Shown here one piece after another: positions 9,468 through 20,187 of a DNA stretch of 64,000 bases. Below the pieces are notes generated by a model, which saw only the letters and a program-made list of their open reading frames with translations, was not told the origin of the DNA and did not search any database. Position 1 is the first letter of the stretch. Each line of letters begins with the position of its first letter. The stretch is from an uncultured Bacillota bacterium (lineage in GTDB: Bacteria; Bacillota; DTU025; MWDF01). The position numbers and the translations under genes are program-made. The stretch spans positions 288,001-352,000 of the forward strand of contig CAWGMK010000013.1 of the NCBI GenBank assembly GCA_963823655.1, given 5' to 3'.

Positions 9468-10939
9468 ATGAGGCATCTAAAAAGCCAGAAGGGCATCGCT
9501 CTCCCTATGGTGTTGCTCATAATAATCGTTCTGATATTGCTGGGTTTCGCACTTTCGGTGTTCGGTTATTACGAGGCTACATCCGCCATAAGGGAAGAGC
9601 ACCTAGCAAAGGCATACTACTCTGCACGAGGCAGCGTGGCTGCCCTTGCCAAGTATTTGACTACAGTGCCGGCAGACGAGGCTGAGGAACAGGTAATCGC
9701 AAATTATGTGACTACGATCGCCACCGATGGCGTAAGCGCCGCGGGTACAATCGAAGGTGTGCCATATAATCTTGTTGTGACCCAGGCAAACGATTTCGGT
9801 TCTGATCCGCCGTTCGGAGTTCTGACATTGACTTCTACAGGGACTTCAGGACAAGTTCTCCAAGAGCGCGGTAATACAGATCGGTTATAACCTTACAGAG
9901 TATATGAACGACGGCCCATTCGGAATAGTCGACAGCGCTTTGTACTCCTTCAACGAGGCTACTTCCGGCGGGACATTGTCGGATTATAAAGCAAATGCCA
10001 ATGGCTTGGTCAAGACAGCACTTGGATCCAGCAGGCATGCAAGTGGACGTAATGGTTGATCCTTTTGATACCCATACTCCAACCCAGGGACTACCCGATG
10101 CCTAACGAACCCGAATTTCCTACTACATTGGAGAACAGGAACGAGTTCTTAGTTGACGACGATACCGCGCCTGACGGAAGTTTCGTCTCTACATCTGTGA
10201 TTACTATCAACCCCGCAGTAAATTACGATGGCAACAATGACAGGGCCGTAATAGTAGACGGGGCAGGCGTAATTACCACGATTGTTAATAAAGGGACTCC
10301 TACATATATCAAAGTAGCAGGCCTGAACATCACGAAACCTCTGCTTTTCGACGGTAACGCTCCAGTTTATCTATTGGTTGAGAATTTCCTGAACATCGGA
10401 GCCGACGTCGGCTGCTCAAGCAAATGCAAAGAGCATTGCTGGAGTCTATACACATGATGCAGAATGCTGGCTCGGTCGCGTGAACATAATATATACTGGA
10501 TCCGATCCAATAACAGTTTCGGGGAATATTCGTATCAGGGCGAATATCGTCTCTTTGCAGGGATCGATAAAGGCGATTGACATTTCAATCGGCGGCAACG
10601 TCATAATGAGCGGCCATATCATTTGCGGCGGCGACGAAATCAAGCTGCACGGCGTTTTCGAGGCTGATAAGACGATGATCTACGCTCCGCTGGCATTGGT
10701 AGAGGTTAAAGGCTCTGCCGCATCAAATGACGATGAATACCATATAACAGGGGCGATTGTCGCCAACCACTTCAATGCAACCGCCTATTTCAATATTGAG
10801 TACGCGGCAATTACACGCGCGTCATTGCCATTGTGGTTCGACGCCGAAGACAGCGGCGGGAACTTAGGGCGACGAAACGCAAATTGGTACCGGCGAGTAT
10901 TATCCCAGCAACTTCGCGTTCACACGTTGGTTGAAGTAG
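9468..10939 (+). CDS. PilX/GspK-like pilin with large beta-rich C-terminal domain (several indels)
   Basis: SQKG|IALPMVLL lacks E+5, and the AKAYYSARG motif is typical of the PilX N-terminus. ORFs 10056-10457 and 10480-11010 (IYAPLALVEV...ITGAIVA) look like its continuation. The end is inferred at TRWLK* 10939. Confidence 0.65.
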
Positions 10940-10975
10940 CAAGTAATAGGCTATTTTGTGAAAATTCGAAGCAGC

Positions 10976-11004
10976 GGCCGGACAGAAATGTCCGGCCCTA
11001 TTTG
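10976..11004 (+). terminator. Hairpin/terminator closing the pilin cassette
   Basis: GGCCGGACA-GAAA-TGTCCGGCC followed by CTATTTG. Confidence 0.55.
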
Positions 11005-11065
11005 TTATAAAACCCGTTTTGTGTTAACTTATTTTTGTGATAATTCTTTTACGAAGGTTTTGCCA

Positions 11066-11752
11066 ATGCCTCTGATAAGCTCGATAGCAATAGACGGACC
11101 TGCTGGTTCAGGCAAAAGCACAATAGCGAAGATGCTTTCGGCGGCCACTGGCCTTCCCTATCTAAGCACGGGGGAGATGTACAGGGCCATTGCTTTATGC
11201 ACTCTAAGGGCCGGAGTCTCGCCTGATGATGCACTTGCTGTCCTTGATTGCGCAAAGAAGGCAATGATAGGCGCAAGGCCGGACGGCTCAGGCGGTTTCA
11301 GGATCTTCTGCGGCGAAGAGGACGTAACCCCGCTTCTGAGGTCTGCGGAAGTAAGCAGGCTTTCATCCCCCGTGGCGGTCCATGAAGCCGTTCGGAAGCT
11401 CATGGTAGAGCTTCAGAGGAATATCGCAATCGAGAACGATGTAATAATGGACGGCAGGGACATCGGCACCGTAGTGCTGAAGGAATCCCAGAATAAGATC
11501 TATCTTGACGCATCCGTCGAAGTACGGGCCCGAAGGCGCCTTCTTGACTACAAGGATAAGGACATCAGCTATGAAGAAGTCCTAAGGGATCTAAAGGAGC
11601 GCGACAGGCGCGACAGCACAAGGCTCGTCGATCCTTTAAGGCCTGCAGAAGACGCCCTGATTATCGACTCTTCAGATATGAGTCCGTCAGAGGTAATTGA
11701 AAGCATTTTGACATCATATAGGCTTTTCTACTGGGGGGAGACAACTTGCTGA
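11066..11752 (+). CDS. cmk: Cytidylate kinase
   Basis: IAIDGPAGSGKST, MDGRDIGTVV and ERDRRDSTR. Confidence 0.95.
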   Translation: MPLISSIAIDGPAGSGKSTIAKMLSAATGLPYLSTGEMYRAIALCTLRAGVSPDDALAVLDCAKKAMIGARPDGSGGFRIFCGEEDVTPLLRSAEVSRLSSPVAVHEAVRKLMVELQRNIAIENDVIMDGRDIGTVVLKESQNKIYLDASVEVRARRRLLDYKDKDISYEEVLRDLKERDRRDSTRLVDPLRPAEDALIIDSSDMSPSEVIESILTSYRLFYWGETTC

Positions 11753-12378
11753 ATAGACCGCTAGCTTTGTTTATATGGCTATACATCAAGATATTCCACC
11801 GCTTCCGCTGCTACGGCCCGGAAAAGGTGCCGATGAGCGGACCTGTGATAGTAGTCGCCAACCATGCAAGCTTCATCGATCCGGGGCTTATCGCCTTCAA
11901 TGTAAAAAGACCGATGTTCTATATGGCAAAAGCCGAGCTATTCAAGAATCCGGTACTTGCGTTCCTTCTGAAGCTTGTCAACACTTATCCCGTTAAGAGG
12001 ACAGGCGCAGACAGGGCCGCGATGAACCATTCTATAAAGCTTTTAAATGAGGGCAAAGGGCTTTGCCTTTTCCCTGAGGGCACCCGTACACTAGACGGCA
12101 ATCTAGGTGAGTTCAAATCCGGTGCTGCGTACCTTGCCATGGTGACGGGCGCAACGATTGTTCCTGTTGCATTATCGGGCACTTATGAAGCTTACAAGAA
12201 GGGGACGAAGAAGATACATTTCGTTCCGTTTAAATCCGTATTCTCCGACCCGATTAAAGTAGAGAAGGTAGACACCCACGATATCGAGACGCTCAGGACG
12301 GGTTCCTTGGAGCTTACCGAGAGAGTCAAGGCGATAATTCAGGTGCTTCTAGACAAGCAGAAGGGGGGATTAGCATGA
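11746..12378 (+). CDS. plsC: 1-acyl-sn-glycerol-3-phosphate acyltransferase
   Basis: NHASFID (HX4D) and FPEGTR motifs; cmk-plsC synteny. Confidence 0.9.
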   Translation: MLNRPLALFIWLYIKIFHRFRCYGPEKVPMSGPVIVVANHASFIDPGLIAFNVKRPMFYMAKAELFKNPVLAFLLKLVNTYPVKRTGADRAAMNHSIKLLNEGKGLCLFPEGTRTLDGNLGEFKSGAAYLAMVTGATIVPVALSGTYEAYKKGTKKIHFVPFKSVFSDPIKVEKVDTHDIETLRTGSLELTERVKAIIQVLLDKQKGGLA

Positions 12379-13022
12379 AGCTGTTCATCGACACGGCCAA
12401 TTTAGAGGAGATCCTCACTGTCGACAGTATGGGCATCATCTGCGGCGTAACTACTAACCCCACGCTTATAGCGCGCGAAGGCCATGACCCCGACACAATG
12501 GCAATGAAGATAGCCGAGTCGGTCAGTGGCCCCGTCAGCTATGAGGCCGTATCCTTCGATGCCGAGGGCATAGTCAGGGAGGGCCGGGCGATAGCTGCCA
12601 TGGCTCCCAATATGGTCGTCAAGGTCCCGCTCACAATAGAGGGCCTTAAGGCAATAAAGACCTTGTCGCAGTACGGCATCAGGACAAACGCCACCCTCAT
12701 TTTCAATGAGAACCAGGCATTGCTTGCGGCACGCGCAGGGGCCACATATGTAAGCCTTTTCATCGGCAGGCTTGTCGACAAGGGAGTCGACGCCATGGCC
12801 ATCGTACGCAATACCAGGAGCATATTAGATATGAACGACCTGGATGCGGAGATTATTGCCGCATCCATCAGAAATACGGAACAGGTGACGCAGTGCGCGC
12901 TTGCCGGCTCGCACATTGCCACTGTGCCCTACAAGATCCTTATGGAAATGGTCGAGCACCCCATGACTACGGCTGGCATAGAGAAGTTCATGGATGACTG
13001 GAAGAAGGTCTTCGGCAAGTAG
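12375..13022 (+). CDS. Transaldolase / fructose-6-phosphate aldolase family
   Basis: MKLFIDTAN, GVTTNPT, VVKVP, NATLIF and AASIR motifs. Confidence 0.92.
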   Translation: MKLFIDTANLEEILTVDSMGIICGVTTNPTLIAREGHDPDTMAMKIAESVSGPVSYEAVSFDAEGIVREGRAIAAMAPNMVVKVPLTIEGLKAIKTLSQYGIRTNATLIFNENQALLAARAGATYVSLFIGRLVDKGVDAMAIVRNTRSILDMNDLDAEIIAASIRNTEQVTQCALAGSHIATVPYKILMEMVEHPMTTAGIEKFMDDWKKVFGK

Positions 13023-15070
13023 TGGAGATCATTGTCGCAAAAACTGCAGGCTTCTGTGCCGGCGTCAGGCGGGCGGTCGACATCGCCCTCACTGCTTCTT
13101 CAAAAGCGCCTGATGAAGGCTGCAAAGACTGCGTTTCTATAGGGCCTCTGATCCACAATGAGGACATGGTACGCGAGCTTGAAAGCAAAGGCGTCCATGT
13201 GATAGCTGACATCGACGAAGTGTCAGGCAGGCCCTTGATCATCCCGTCGCACGGCACCAGCAAAATGGTATCTGTGCATGCAGAGGAACTTGGTTTGCGC
13301 ATAATCGACGCAACGTGCCCGCATGTCATAAAGCTCAAGCAGTTGGCAATTGAATGGGAACAGGCAGGCGGGGTCGCCGTAATTGCAGGCGATAAAGGGC
13401 ATCCGGAGCTCAAAGGGGTAGCCTCATATCTTAATGATCCGATAATCGGCAACGACACAGGCGAGCTAATGAAAGAGATGGCGGCCCTCCCGGGAAGGCG
13501 ATTCCTTTTGCTTTCGCAGACAACCGGAATTGCCGAAGATATGGATGCCATGTACGCCACCATGAAGGCGGCGGGAATTGATGTAGAATACTGCCGCACG
13601 GTCTGCCCTGCCACGCAGCAAAGACAAGCCGAGGTAAGGGCTCTGGCAAATGACACTGATGCTATGATAGTCCTCGGCGGCAGAAAGAGCGCAAACACCA
13701 ACAGGCTTGAGCAAATTGCGAAAAACTCAGGAAAACCTGTATATAGAGCGGCAAATCTGTCAGAATTGAATTTGGGCGAAATTAAGTCCGCAGGTTTTAG
13801 GAAACTTGGCATAACTGCAGGGGCATCGACCCCAAACAGCATTATCGAGGAGGTCGTCAGAGCAATGATTGAATCCGGCGCAGAGAAAGAGCTCACAATG
13901 GCAGAGCTGGAGAAGCTCTATCCCGAGAAAAAAGAAGAAGTCCAGGCAGCACCGAAGAAGAAGGATCTGCAGGTAGTAACGGGCAAGGTGACGCTTGTTA
14001 CGGAAGATGAGGTGCTGGCGGACGTGGGGCAGGGCTCGGATGTGCACATACCGAAGAACCAGCTCACCTTCTCAAAGGCTGTATCACCGCTGAAGATGTT
14101 CCAGCTGGGCGATCCCATTACCGTTGCAATAGAGGAGTATGATGCCACCAAGGACGTGCAGTACGCCTCCAAGCTGAAGGCAGATGCATTGACCGCATGG
14201 CAGAAGGCTCAGGACGCTTTCGAATCCGGCGAGGCCATAGAAGGCGTAATAGTCGAAGCCGTAAAAGGCGGAGTGGTAGTGGACATGGGTATTAGGGGCT
14301 TCATGCCCGCCTCCCAGATAGGGTCCAGGGTTGAGGACCTCAACACACTAATCGGCACCAAGGTCAAGGCAAAGGTCATAGAGCTGGAGGAATCAAGGAA
14401 GGGCGCAGTGCTATCCACCCGCGCGCTTGCCGAGTCGGAAAATGCCAAGCAAAGGCAGGAGAATATCGACAAGGTACAGGTAGATGCCATATTCGAAGGC
14501 ACCGTAAGGAAGCTTATGCCCTTTGGAGCATTCGTCAACCTGCTGCCCGGAATAGACGGCCTGCTGCACGTATCCGAACTCTCCTGGCAGAGGATCGGCA
14601 ACCCCTCCGAAGTGCTGAGCGAAGGCATGAAAGTTCAAGTGAAAGTAATCTCAGTGGATAGCGCCAGGGGGAAAATTTCGCTGAGCATGAAACAGTTGAG
14701 CGAGAGGCCTCGTTCTAAGACAGTGACGGCCGATTTGTCGGAAGGCGCTGTATATAAGGGAACAGTAGTGAAGCTGATGAACTTCGGCGCATTCGTGAAG
14801 ATGGAAAACGGCGCCGAGGGCCTCGTGCACGTCTCCCAGATCTCGGAGAAGAGGGTGCAGACCCCGGACGAGATCCTATCGGTAGGCCAGGAAGTCAAGG
14901 TGAAAGTCCTGTCAGTAAACGAGGAGAACGGACGTATCAGCTTATCGATAAAAGACGCTGAGCTCAAAGAGCAGAGGGACGAATTCGAAGGCTATATGAA
15001 ATCCGCCGAGGAAGACTTCCAGATTACGATAGCCGACAGGATAAGAATCAAAGGTGAACAGAAGCGTTAA
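13022..15070 (+). CDS. ispH: Bifunctional IspH (LytB) / 30S ribosomal protein S1 fusion
   Basis: AGFCAGV, DATCPHV, TVCPAT and GITAGASTP, followed by four S1 repeats (GLLHVSE, GLVHVSQ). Confidence 0.92.
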   Translation: MEIIVAKTAGFCAGVRRAVDIALTASSKAPDEGCKDCVSIGPLIHNEDMVRELESKGVHVIADIDEVSGRPLIIPSHGTSKMVSVHAEELGLRIIDATCPHVIKLKQLAIEWEQAGGVAVIAGDKGHPELKGVASYLNDPIIGNDTGELMKEMAALPGRRFLLLSQTTGIAEDMDAMYATMKAAGIDVEYCRTVCPATQQRQAEVRALANDTDAMIVLGGRKSANTNRLEQIAKNSGKPVYRAANLSELNLGEIKSAGFRKLGITAGASTPNSIIEEVVRAMIESGAEKELTMAELEKLYPEKKEEVQAAPKKKDLQVVTGKVTLVTEDEVLADVGQGSDVHIPKNQLTFSKAVSPLKMFQLGDPITVAIEEYDATKDVQYASKLKADALTAWQKAQDAFESGEAIEGVIVEAVKGGVVVDMGIRGFMPASQIGSRVEDLNTLIGTKVKAKVIELEESRKGAVLSTRALAESENAKQRQENIDKVQVDAIFEGTVRKLMPFGAFVNLLPGIDGLLHVSELSWQRIGNPSEVLSEGMKVQVKVISVDSARGKISLSMKQLSERPRSKTVTADLSEGAVYKGTVVKLMNFGAFVKMENGAEGLVHVSQISEKRVQTPDEILSVGQEVKVKVLSVNEENGRISLSIKDAELKEQRDEFEGYMKSAEEDFQITIADRIRIKGEQKR

Positions 15071-15144
15071 TATTCTTTTATCAGCGAATATAGTATAATA
15101 TTTGTGTTTATTCGAATCTCTTAAGCATGAAAGGGGCATAACCT

Positions 15145-16048
15145 ATGGAGAAGAGCGTGAAGAAGTCCTATATCATTCTGGCAGCGATTGTTGCCGTCGT
15201 AGTCATCGCAGCTGCGGCATGGATCATTTTCAACAAGTCTACAGCGATAGCGATCGTCAACGGCGAGAGGATAACCAGGAAAGAGTTCCTCGATAAGATG
15301 GAGAGCCAGGCAGGCATGCAGATCCTCCAGGAGATGATCAATGCGAAGCTGGTAGCCCAGGAAGCTGCGAAGGCCGGCATCGAAGTGACCACCGAGAGGG
15401 TAGACGAAGAAATGGTGAAGATCAAGGAGAACCTCGGCGACCAGTACGATTACATGCTCAGCATGTATGGCATGACTGAAGACAGCCTGAGGAAGACCCT
15501 TGAGCAGAACCTGCTTGCTTACGAGATATCGACGAAGGATATCGTAGTCACGGATGAGCAGATTGCCACCGACTACACCGAGAATAAGGATATGTATCTC
15601 GAGCCGGCTCAGGTAAAGGCAAGCCACATACTAGTTCGTACGAAGGAAGAGGCCCAGGCTATCCTAGATGAGCTCAAGGGCGGCGCCGATTTCGTAGAGC
15701 TGGCGAAGTCCAAGTCCATAGACACAGGCACCGCTGAGGCGGGTGGCGACCTTGGTTTCTTCGGCAGCCGGTGAAATGACCGAGGTATTTGAAAATGCAG
15801 CCTTCGCGCTGGCAGTAGGGCAGCTTTCAGGCATTGTTGAGTCCGAGTACGGCTTCCACGTGATCTTGTGCACAGACAAGAAGGCCGAGTTCATGCCGAC
15901 GCTCGAAGAAGCCCGCGAAGCCGTTATCGAGAAGATAAAGGGCGAGCAGGCAAAGAACATCGACACGCTGCTTCTCGAGATCAAGGACAAGTCGACTGTG
16001 ACAGTAACCGACGAGAAATATAACAGCCTCGCGGTTTCTACCCAGTAG
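15145..16048 (+). CDS. prsA: PrsA/SurA-type parvulin peptidyl-prolyl isomerase (indel near 15768)
   Basis: N-terminal TM, AIVNGERIT, VKASHILV, GGDLGFF, then FENAAFAL...ESEYGFHVI in the next frame. Confidence 0.85.
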
Positions 16049-16064
16049 GAAATCTTGCCACTTC

Positions 16065-16105
16065 ACGGGGAAAGGCCTTCTTCGGGGGCTTTTCTCCGTT
16101 TTTTT
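16065..16105 (+). terminator. Rho-independent terminator
   Basis: ACGGGGAAAGGCC...GGCTTTTCTCCGT stem followed by a T run. Confidence 0.75.
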
Positions 16106-16124
16106 CATTAGAAGGGGATATTGA

Positions 16125-17468
16125 GTGAGGAAGATTAAGGCAATAGTAAAGAGCATTTTAGCTGGCAGCCCTGCTGAAAAGGCCGGCCTTAAGGCCGGAG
16201 ACCTGATCGAGGGCGTGGACGGCTACGCCATGCTCGACATATTGGACTGGAGATATCTTACCTCGGATTACACTTTCGTGCTTCAAGTGCTGAGAAACGG
16301 CGAGGAATTGGAACTTGAGGTAGTCCGGCAGGAGATGTCGGAGCTGGGAGTCGAATTCGAAGATATCCTTTTCGATGGCATTAGGGAGTGCGCCAATAAG
16401 TGCATCTTCTGTTTTGTCGACCAGCTGCCGGGAGGAGTAAGGGATACTCTTTGTCTGAAAGACGATGATTACAGGCTCTCCTTTCTGCAAGGCAACTTCG
16501 TCACCTTGACCAACTGTTCGCAGCGGACGCTGGATCGCATCGTAGAATTCAGGATGTCGCCCTTGTATGTATCAGTGCATGCGACCGATCCTGAAGTCAG
16601 AAACAGGTTGCTTGGGAGAAAGACTACAAAGCCCATTATGGATGTACTGTCATACCTCGGAGAAAACGGCATAGAAGTCCACACACAGATTGTAGTCGTA
16701 CCGGGCGTCAACGATTCCGAAGTGCTAAGAAGAAGCCTTAATGACCTGGCAGGCCTGTTCCCTGTCGTCAAGTCCATAGGTGTAGTACCTGTCGGGCTTA
16801 CAAAGCACAGGTCCGATGCCGACGGTATAAGACCTGTTAGCCCAGATGAAGCTAGAATTACTTTAGAGATTATCGATGAGGCCCAGCGGCTTTTCCGGTC
16901 TTTGCACAAGACGAGGCTCGTTTGGGCTGCAGACGAGTATTATATCCGCGCAGGAAGGCCTTTCCCGGCCAGCGCGGAATATGAAGGCTATGTTCAATTG
17001 GAAAATGGTATCGGGCTTGCCCGGTCGCTATATGATGATATCGAAGCGTCGCTTGAAGGGCGGGAAATGGCCCTCGCGGCGGATATTTCAAGGGATCTGA
17101 TTATTACAGGCGCGGACGGAGCGATTGTGGTTCAGCCGATTTTCGACTCCTTCAGGAAGCAATACGGCTTCGGACCCAAGCTGCTGCCCGTTGAAAACGC
17201 CTATTTCGGTAGCTCGGTTACGGTAACAGGGTTGATAGTCGGACGTGATATCATAGATGCCGTCAAGTCGGCCGGCAGGCATGCCGGCAATACTCGCAAA
17301 GTTATCATCCCCGATATAATGCTCAGGCGCGGCGATGCCGTTCTTTTAGACGGCATGACCCCTGAGGAAGTCGGGGCGGCAATAGGAATTGAGACGGAAG
17401 TAGTAGGCACAGGCGCAGAAGGATTGCTCAAAGCAGCAGGACTGACGCCGAAAGGTGGAACAAAATGA
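16125..17468 (+). CDS. PDZ + radical SAM Fe-S oxidoreductase (DUF512 family)
   Basis: N-terminal PDZ (GSPAEKAGL), CANKCIFC (CxxxCxxC), KDDDYRLSFL and QLENGIG; upstream of der. Confidence 0.9.
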   Translation: MRKIKAIVKSILAGSPAEKAGLKAGDLIEGVDGYAMLDILDWRYLTSDYTFVLQVLRNGEELELEVVRQEMSELGVEFEDILFDGIRECANKCIFCFVDQLPGGVRDTLCLKDDDYRLSFLQGNFVTLTNCSQRTLDRIVEFRMSPLYVSVHATDPEVRNRLLGRKTTKPIMDVLSYLGENGIEVHTQIVVVPGVNDSEVLRRSLNDLAGLFPVVKSIGVVPVGLTKHRSDADGIRPVSPDEARITLEIIDEAQRLFRSLHKTRLVWAADEYYIRAGRPFPASAEYEGYVQLENGIGLARSLYDDIEASLEGREMALAADISRDLIITGADGAIVVQPIFDSFRKQYGFGPKLLPVENAYFGSSVTVTGLIVGRDIIDAVKSAGRHAGNTRKVIIPDIMLRRGDAVLLDGMTPEEVGAAIGIETEVVGTGAEGLLKAAGLTPKGGTK

Positions 17469-18793
17469 CAGCTAGACCAATCGTTGCAATCGTAGGAAGG
17501 CCGAATGTGGGCAAATCTGCCCTCTTCAACAGGATAATCAAGAGCAGGACTTCGATAGTGGAAAGCCAGCCAGGTGTGACCAGGGATAGGATTTACGCCG
17601 ATTCCGAGTGGGAGGGCACTGAATTCGTGCTCGTCGACACAGGCGGCATCACCATGAGCGATGTCGACCCTTTTAATGAGTTGGTCAGAGGGCAGGCGGA
17701 GATCGCGGTCGACCAGGCTACAGTCATCATATTCGTCCTGGATGCCAAGGCAGGGCTAATGGCAGAGGACGAGGAAGTAGCCAACATCATAAGAAAAAGC
17801 AGGAAGCCCTGCGTATTATGCATAAACAAGGTCGATGACCCGAGGCATATGGACTACTCTTTCTGGTCGCTCGGTTTAGGCGAGCCATTGCCAGTCACCG
17901 CAGCTCATGGGACCGGCGTGGCGGAGATGCTCGACGCCGTTGTCGAAGAGATAAAGAAACAGCGGCCGGAGGAACCCGCAGTCGAGGAGCCAGGGACCGA
18001 AAAGCCCATCAAAGTGGCGTTTGTAGGCAAACCGAACGTTGGCAAGTCCTCGATAGTGAACAAGTACCTCGGCTACGAGAGGAGCATCGTCAGCGAAATC
18101 CCCGGAACGACTCGCGACGCGATCGATACGGACATGACGATGAACGGCAAAGCCTTCACCTTCATAGATACTGCGGGCATCAGGCGCAAGCCCCGCATCG
18201 ATTCGGATGTGGAGTTCTATTCCGTCGTCAGGAGCATGTCGGCGATTGAAAGAAGCGATGTCGCGGTTATAGTCCTTGACGGTACGGATGATATCTCGGA
18301 GCAAGATGTGCGCATAGCGGGCTTCGCGCATGAGGCCGGCAAGGCGGTCGTCGTTGCCGTCAATAAGTGGGACGCCATGGAAAGGGAGGAAGGCTACTTC
18401 AAGGAGCTTACGGAGACGATCAAGGAGAAGCTCTCTTTCATGGATTACGCGAAGATCATCATGGTCTCGGCCAAGCTGGGCAGGCATTTAAACGAGCTGC
18501 TGGATGCGATCATTAAAGCTTACGATGCCAACAGGAGGCGCATAAGCACCGGCGAGATGAACAGGCTGCTTGAGGAAGCCGTGCTGAGGTTCCCGCCTCC
18601 GGGCGAAAAGGGCAGGCAGCCTAAGCTTTACTATATGTCGCAGGTCAGAGTCGAGCCTCCGACTTTCGTCATATTCACCAATTCTCCCGAGCTGGTCCAT
18701 TTCTCCTACTTAAGGTATCTGGAGAACCTTATCAGGGGAGCCTACGACTTCGCGGGTACGCCTATACTGCTTCACTTGAAGAAGAGGAGTTAA
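17465..18793 (+). CDS. der: Ribosome biogenesis GTPase Der/EngA
   Basis: Two G domains (GRPNVGKS, GKPNVGKSS, DTGG/DTAG, NKVD/NKWD) and a KH-like tail. Confidence 0.97.
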   Translation: MTARPIVAIVGRPNVGKSALFNRIIKSRTSIVESQPGVTRDRIYADSEWEGTEFVLVDTGGITMSDVDPFNELVRGQAEIAVDQATVIIFVLDAKAGLMAEDEEVANIIRKSRKPCVLCINKVDDPRHMDYSFWSLGLGEPLPVTAAHGTGVAEMLDAVVEEIKKQRPEEPAVEEPGTEKPIKVAFVGKPNVGKSSIVNKYLGYERSIVSEIPGTTRDAIDTDMTMNGKAFTFIDTAGIRRKPRIDSDVEFYSVVRSMSAIERSDVAVIVLDGTDDISEQDVRIAGFAHEAGKAVVVAVNKWDAMEREEGYFKELTETIKEKLSFMDYAKIIMVSAKLGRHLNELLDAIIKAYDANRRRISTGEMNRLLEEAVLRFPPPGEKGRQPKLYYMSQVRVEPPTFVIFTNSPELVHFSYLRYLENLIRGAYDFAGTPILLHLKKRS

Positions 18794-18798
18794 CTTCC

Positions 18799-19410
18799 AT
18801 GGGTATCTTATCCGTAATCCTGGGATATGCGATAGGTGCTTTGCCTTTCGGAATAATACTGACAAAGCTGGTCATCGGAGTTGACATCAGGACAGTGGGC
18901 TCGGGGGCCACAGGCACTACGAACGTAACCAGAGCCCTTGGGATAGGTTATGGCGCGATAAACGCCGTCCTTGATATATCTAAAGGCATCGCCCCTGTGC
19001 TCATCGCCAGGGCCTTCGGGCTGCCTCTAATATGGCAGGTCGCATCGGCCCTCGCCGCGGTCATCGGGCACAACTGGCCCGTATATGCCAGCTTCAAGGG
19101 CGGAAAGGGCATAGCGACCAGCTTCGGAGCTCTTGTTGTGCTCGAACCAAGGTTTGCTTTTGTCGTTCCAGTTTTTGTTATAATTGTTCTTGTAACCAAG
19201 ATCAAATCTATTGCATCTATCACCTCAGCTGCGCTTATGGTAGTCCTGGCGCTCATACTCCGCGAACCTTGGGAGATTGTGGCGCTCACAGTTGCCATCA
19301 GCGCCCTTGCTCTGTACAGGCATAAGGACAACATCAAAAGGCTGATGAACGGCAAGGAGAATAAAGTATCTTACGGCCTGAAACCGGACAGATCGCTCAA
19401 GCAAAGATGA
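18799..19410 (+). CDS. plsY: Glycerol-3-phosphate acyltransferase PlsY
   Basis: DIRTVGSGATGTTN, GHNWP, FKGGKGIAT and RHKDNIKRL. Confidence 0.94.
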   Translation: MGILSVILGYAIGALPFGIILTKLVIGVDIRTVGSGATGTTNVTRALGIGYGAINAVLDISKGIAPVLIARAFGLPLIWQVASALAAVIGHNWPVYASFKGGKGIATSFGALVVLEPRFAFVVPVFVIIVLVTKIKSIASITSAALMVVLALILREPWEIVALTVAISALALYRHKDNIKRLMNGKENKVSYGLKPDRSLKQR

Positions 19411-19426
19411 TTTAGGATGTGGAATC

Positions 19427-20108
19427 ATGCTTCTGGTAGAGTGGAAAGCCTTTCTTGTTGATGCAGGATTAATACTGTTGTCCGTGGTCCTGGGCTCCAT
19501 GATCGGTTTCGAGAGGGAGGCACAGGGCAAATCCGCGGGCCTGCGCACTCACGTGCTGGTATGCGTAGGCGCGACGTTGATGTCCATTATATCGATGAGA
19601 GGGCTTCGGCGCCTGGGAGGACGGGCTAAGAGACCCCGGTCGGATGATAGGATATCTAGTCGCGGGCATCGGCTTCCTTGGCGCGGGAACAATACTAAGA
19701 GACGGCTTTAGCATCAAGGGGCTGACAACGGCGGCGAGCCTGTGGGCAACATGCATGGTTGGAATCACCGTAGGATCGGGCCTTGTGCTTTACGCCATCT
19801 TTACGACGGTGATCATCGTCATTATCCTGAGCCAGTTCAGCAAGATAGAGCGTTCAGTCGCAGTGAGGGCGTCTTCGATGCTGAAAATAAGCGCAGTAGA
19901 CCGACCCGGTTTGCTCGGAGATATCGCCGCCCTGTTCGGGCGGCATTCCATAAGCATAAAGAAGAGCGATATCAATACGGACCTCAAGACCGGCTTGGTC
20001 ACCATTGAATTCGAGCTTGAGAAGGTTTCGAAGGAAAGAAGGGTCTGCGATGTCGCATTCGAGCTGAACGATATCGAAGGCATCTGCAAATATGAGGTCA
20101 AGGAATAG
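19427..20108 (+). CDS. MgtC/SapB family protein with C-terminal ACT domain, copy 1 (indel near 19601)
   Basis: IGFERE...AGLRTH, GIGFLGAGTI, GLTTAASLW and DRPGLL. Confidence 0.9.
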
Positions 20109-20187
20109 CTGCAAAACTTGATTTGCAGCAGTTTGGCCGTGCGGCAACTACTCTTTTTGATTGGGTTTGATTAGAAAGCGAGGGCGA

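Noticed and set aside
13022-15070. IspH-RpsA fusion as a novelty
   Set aside because: This fusion is already well known in Clostridia.
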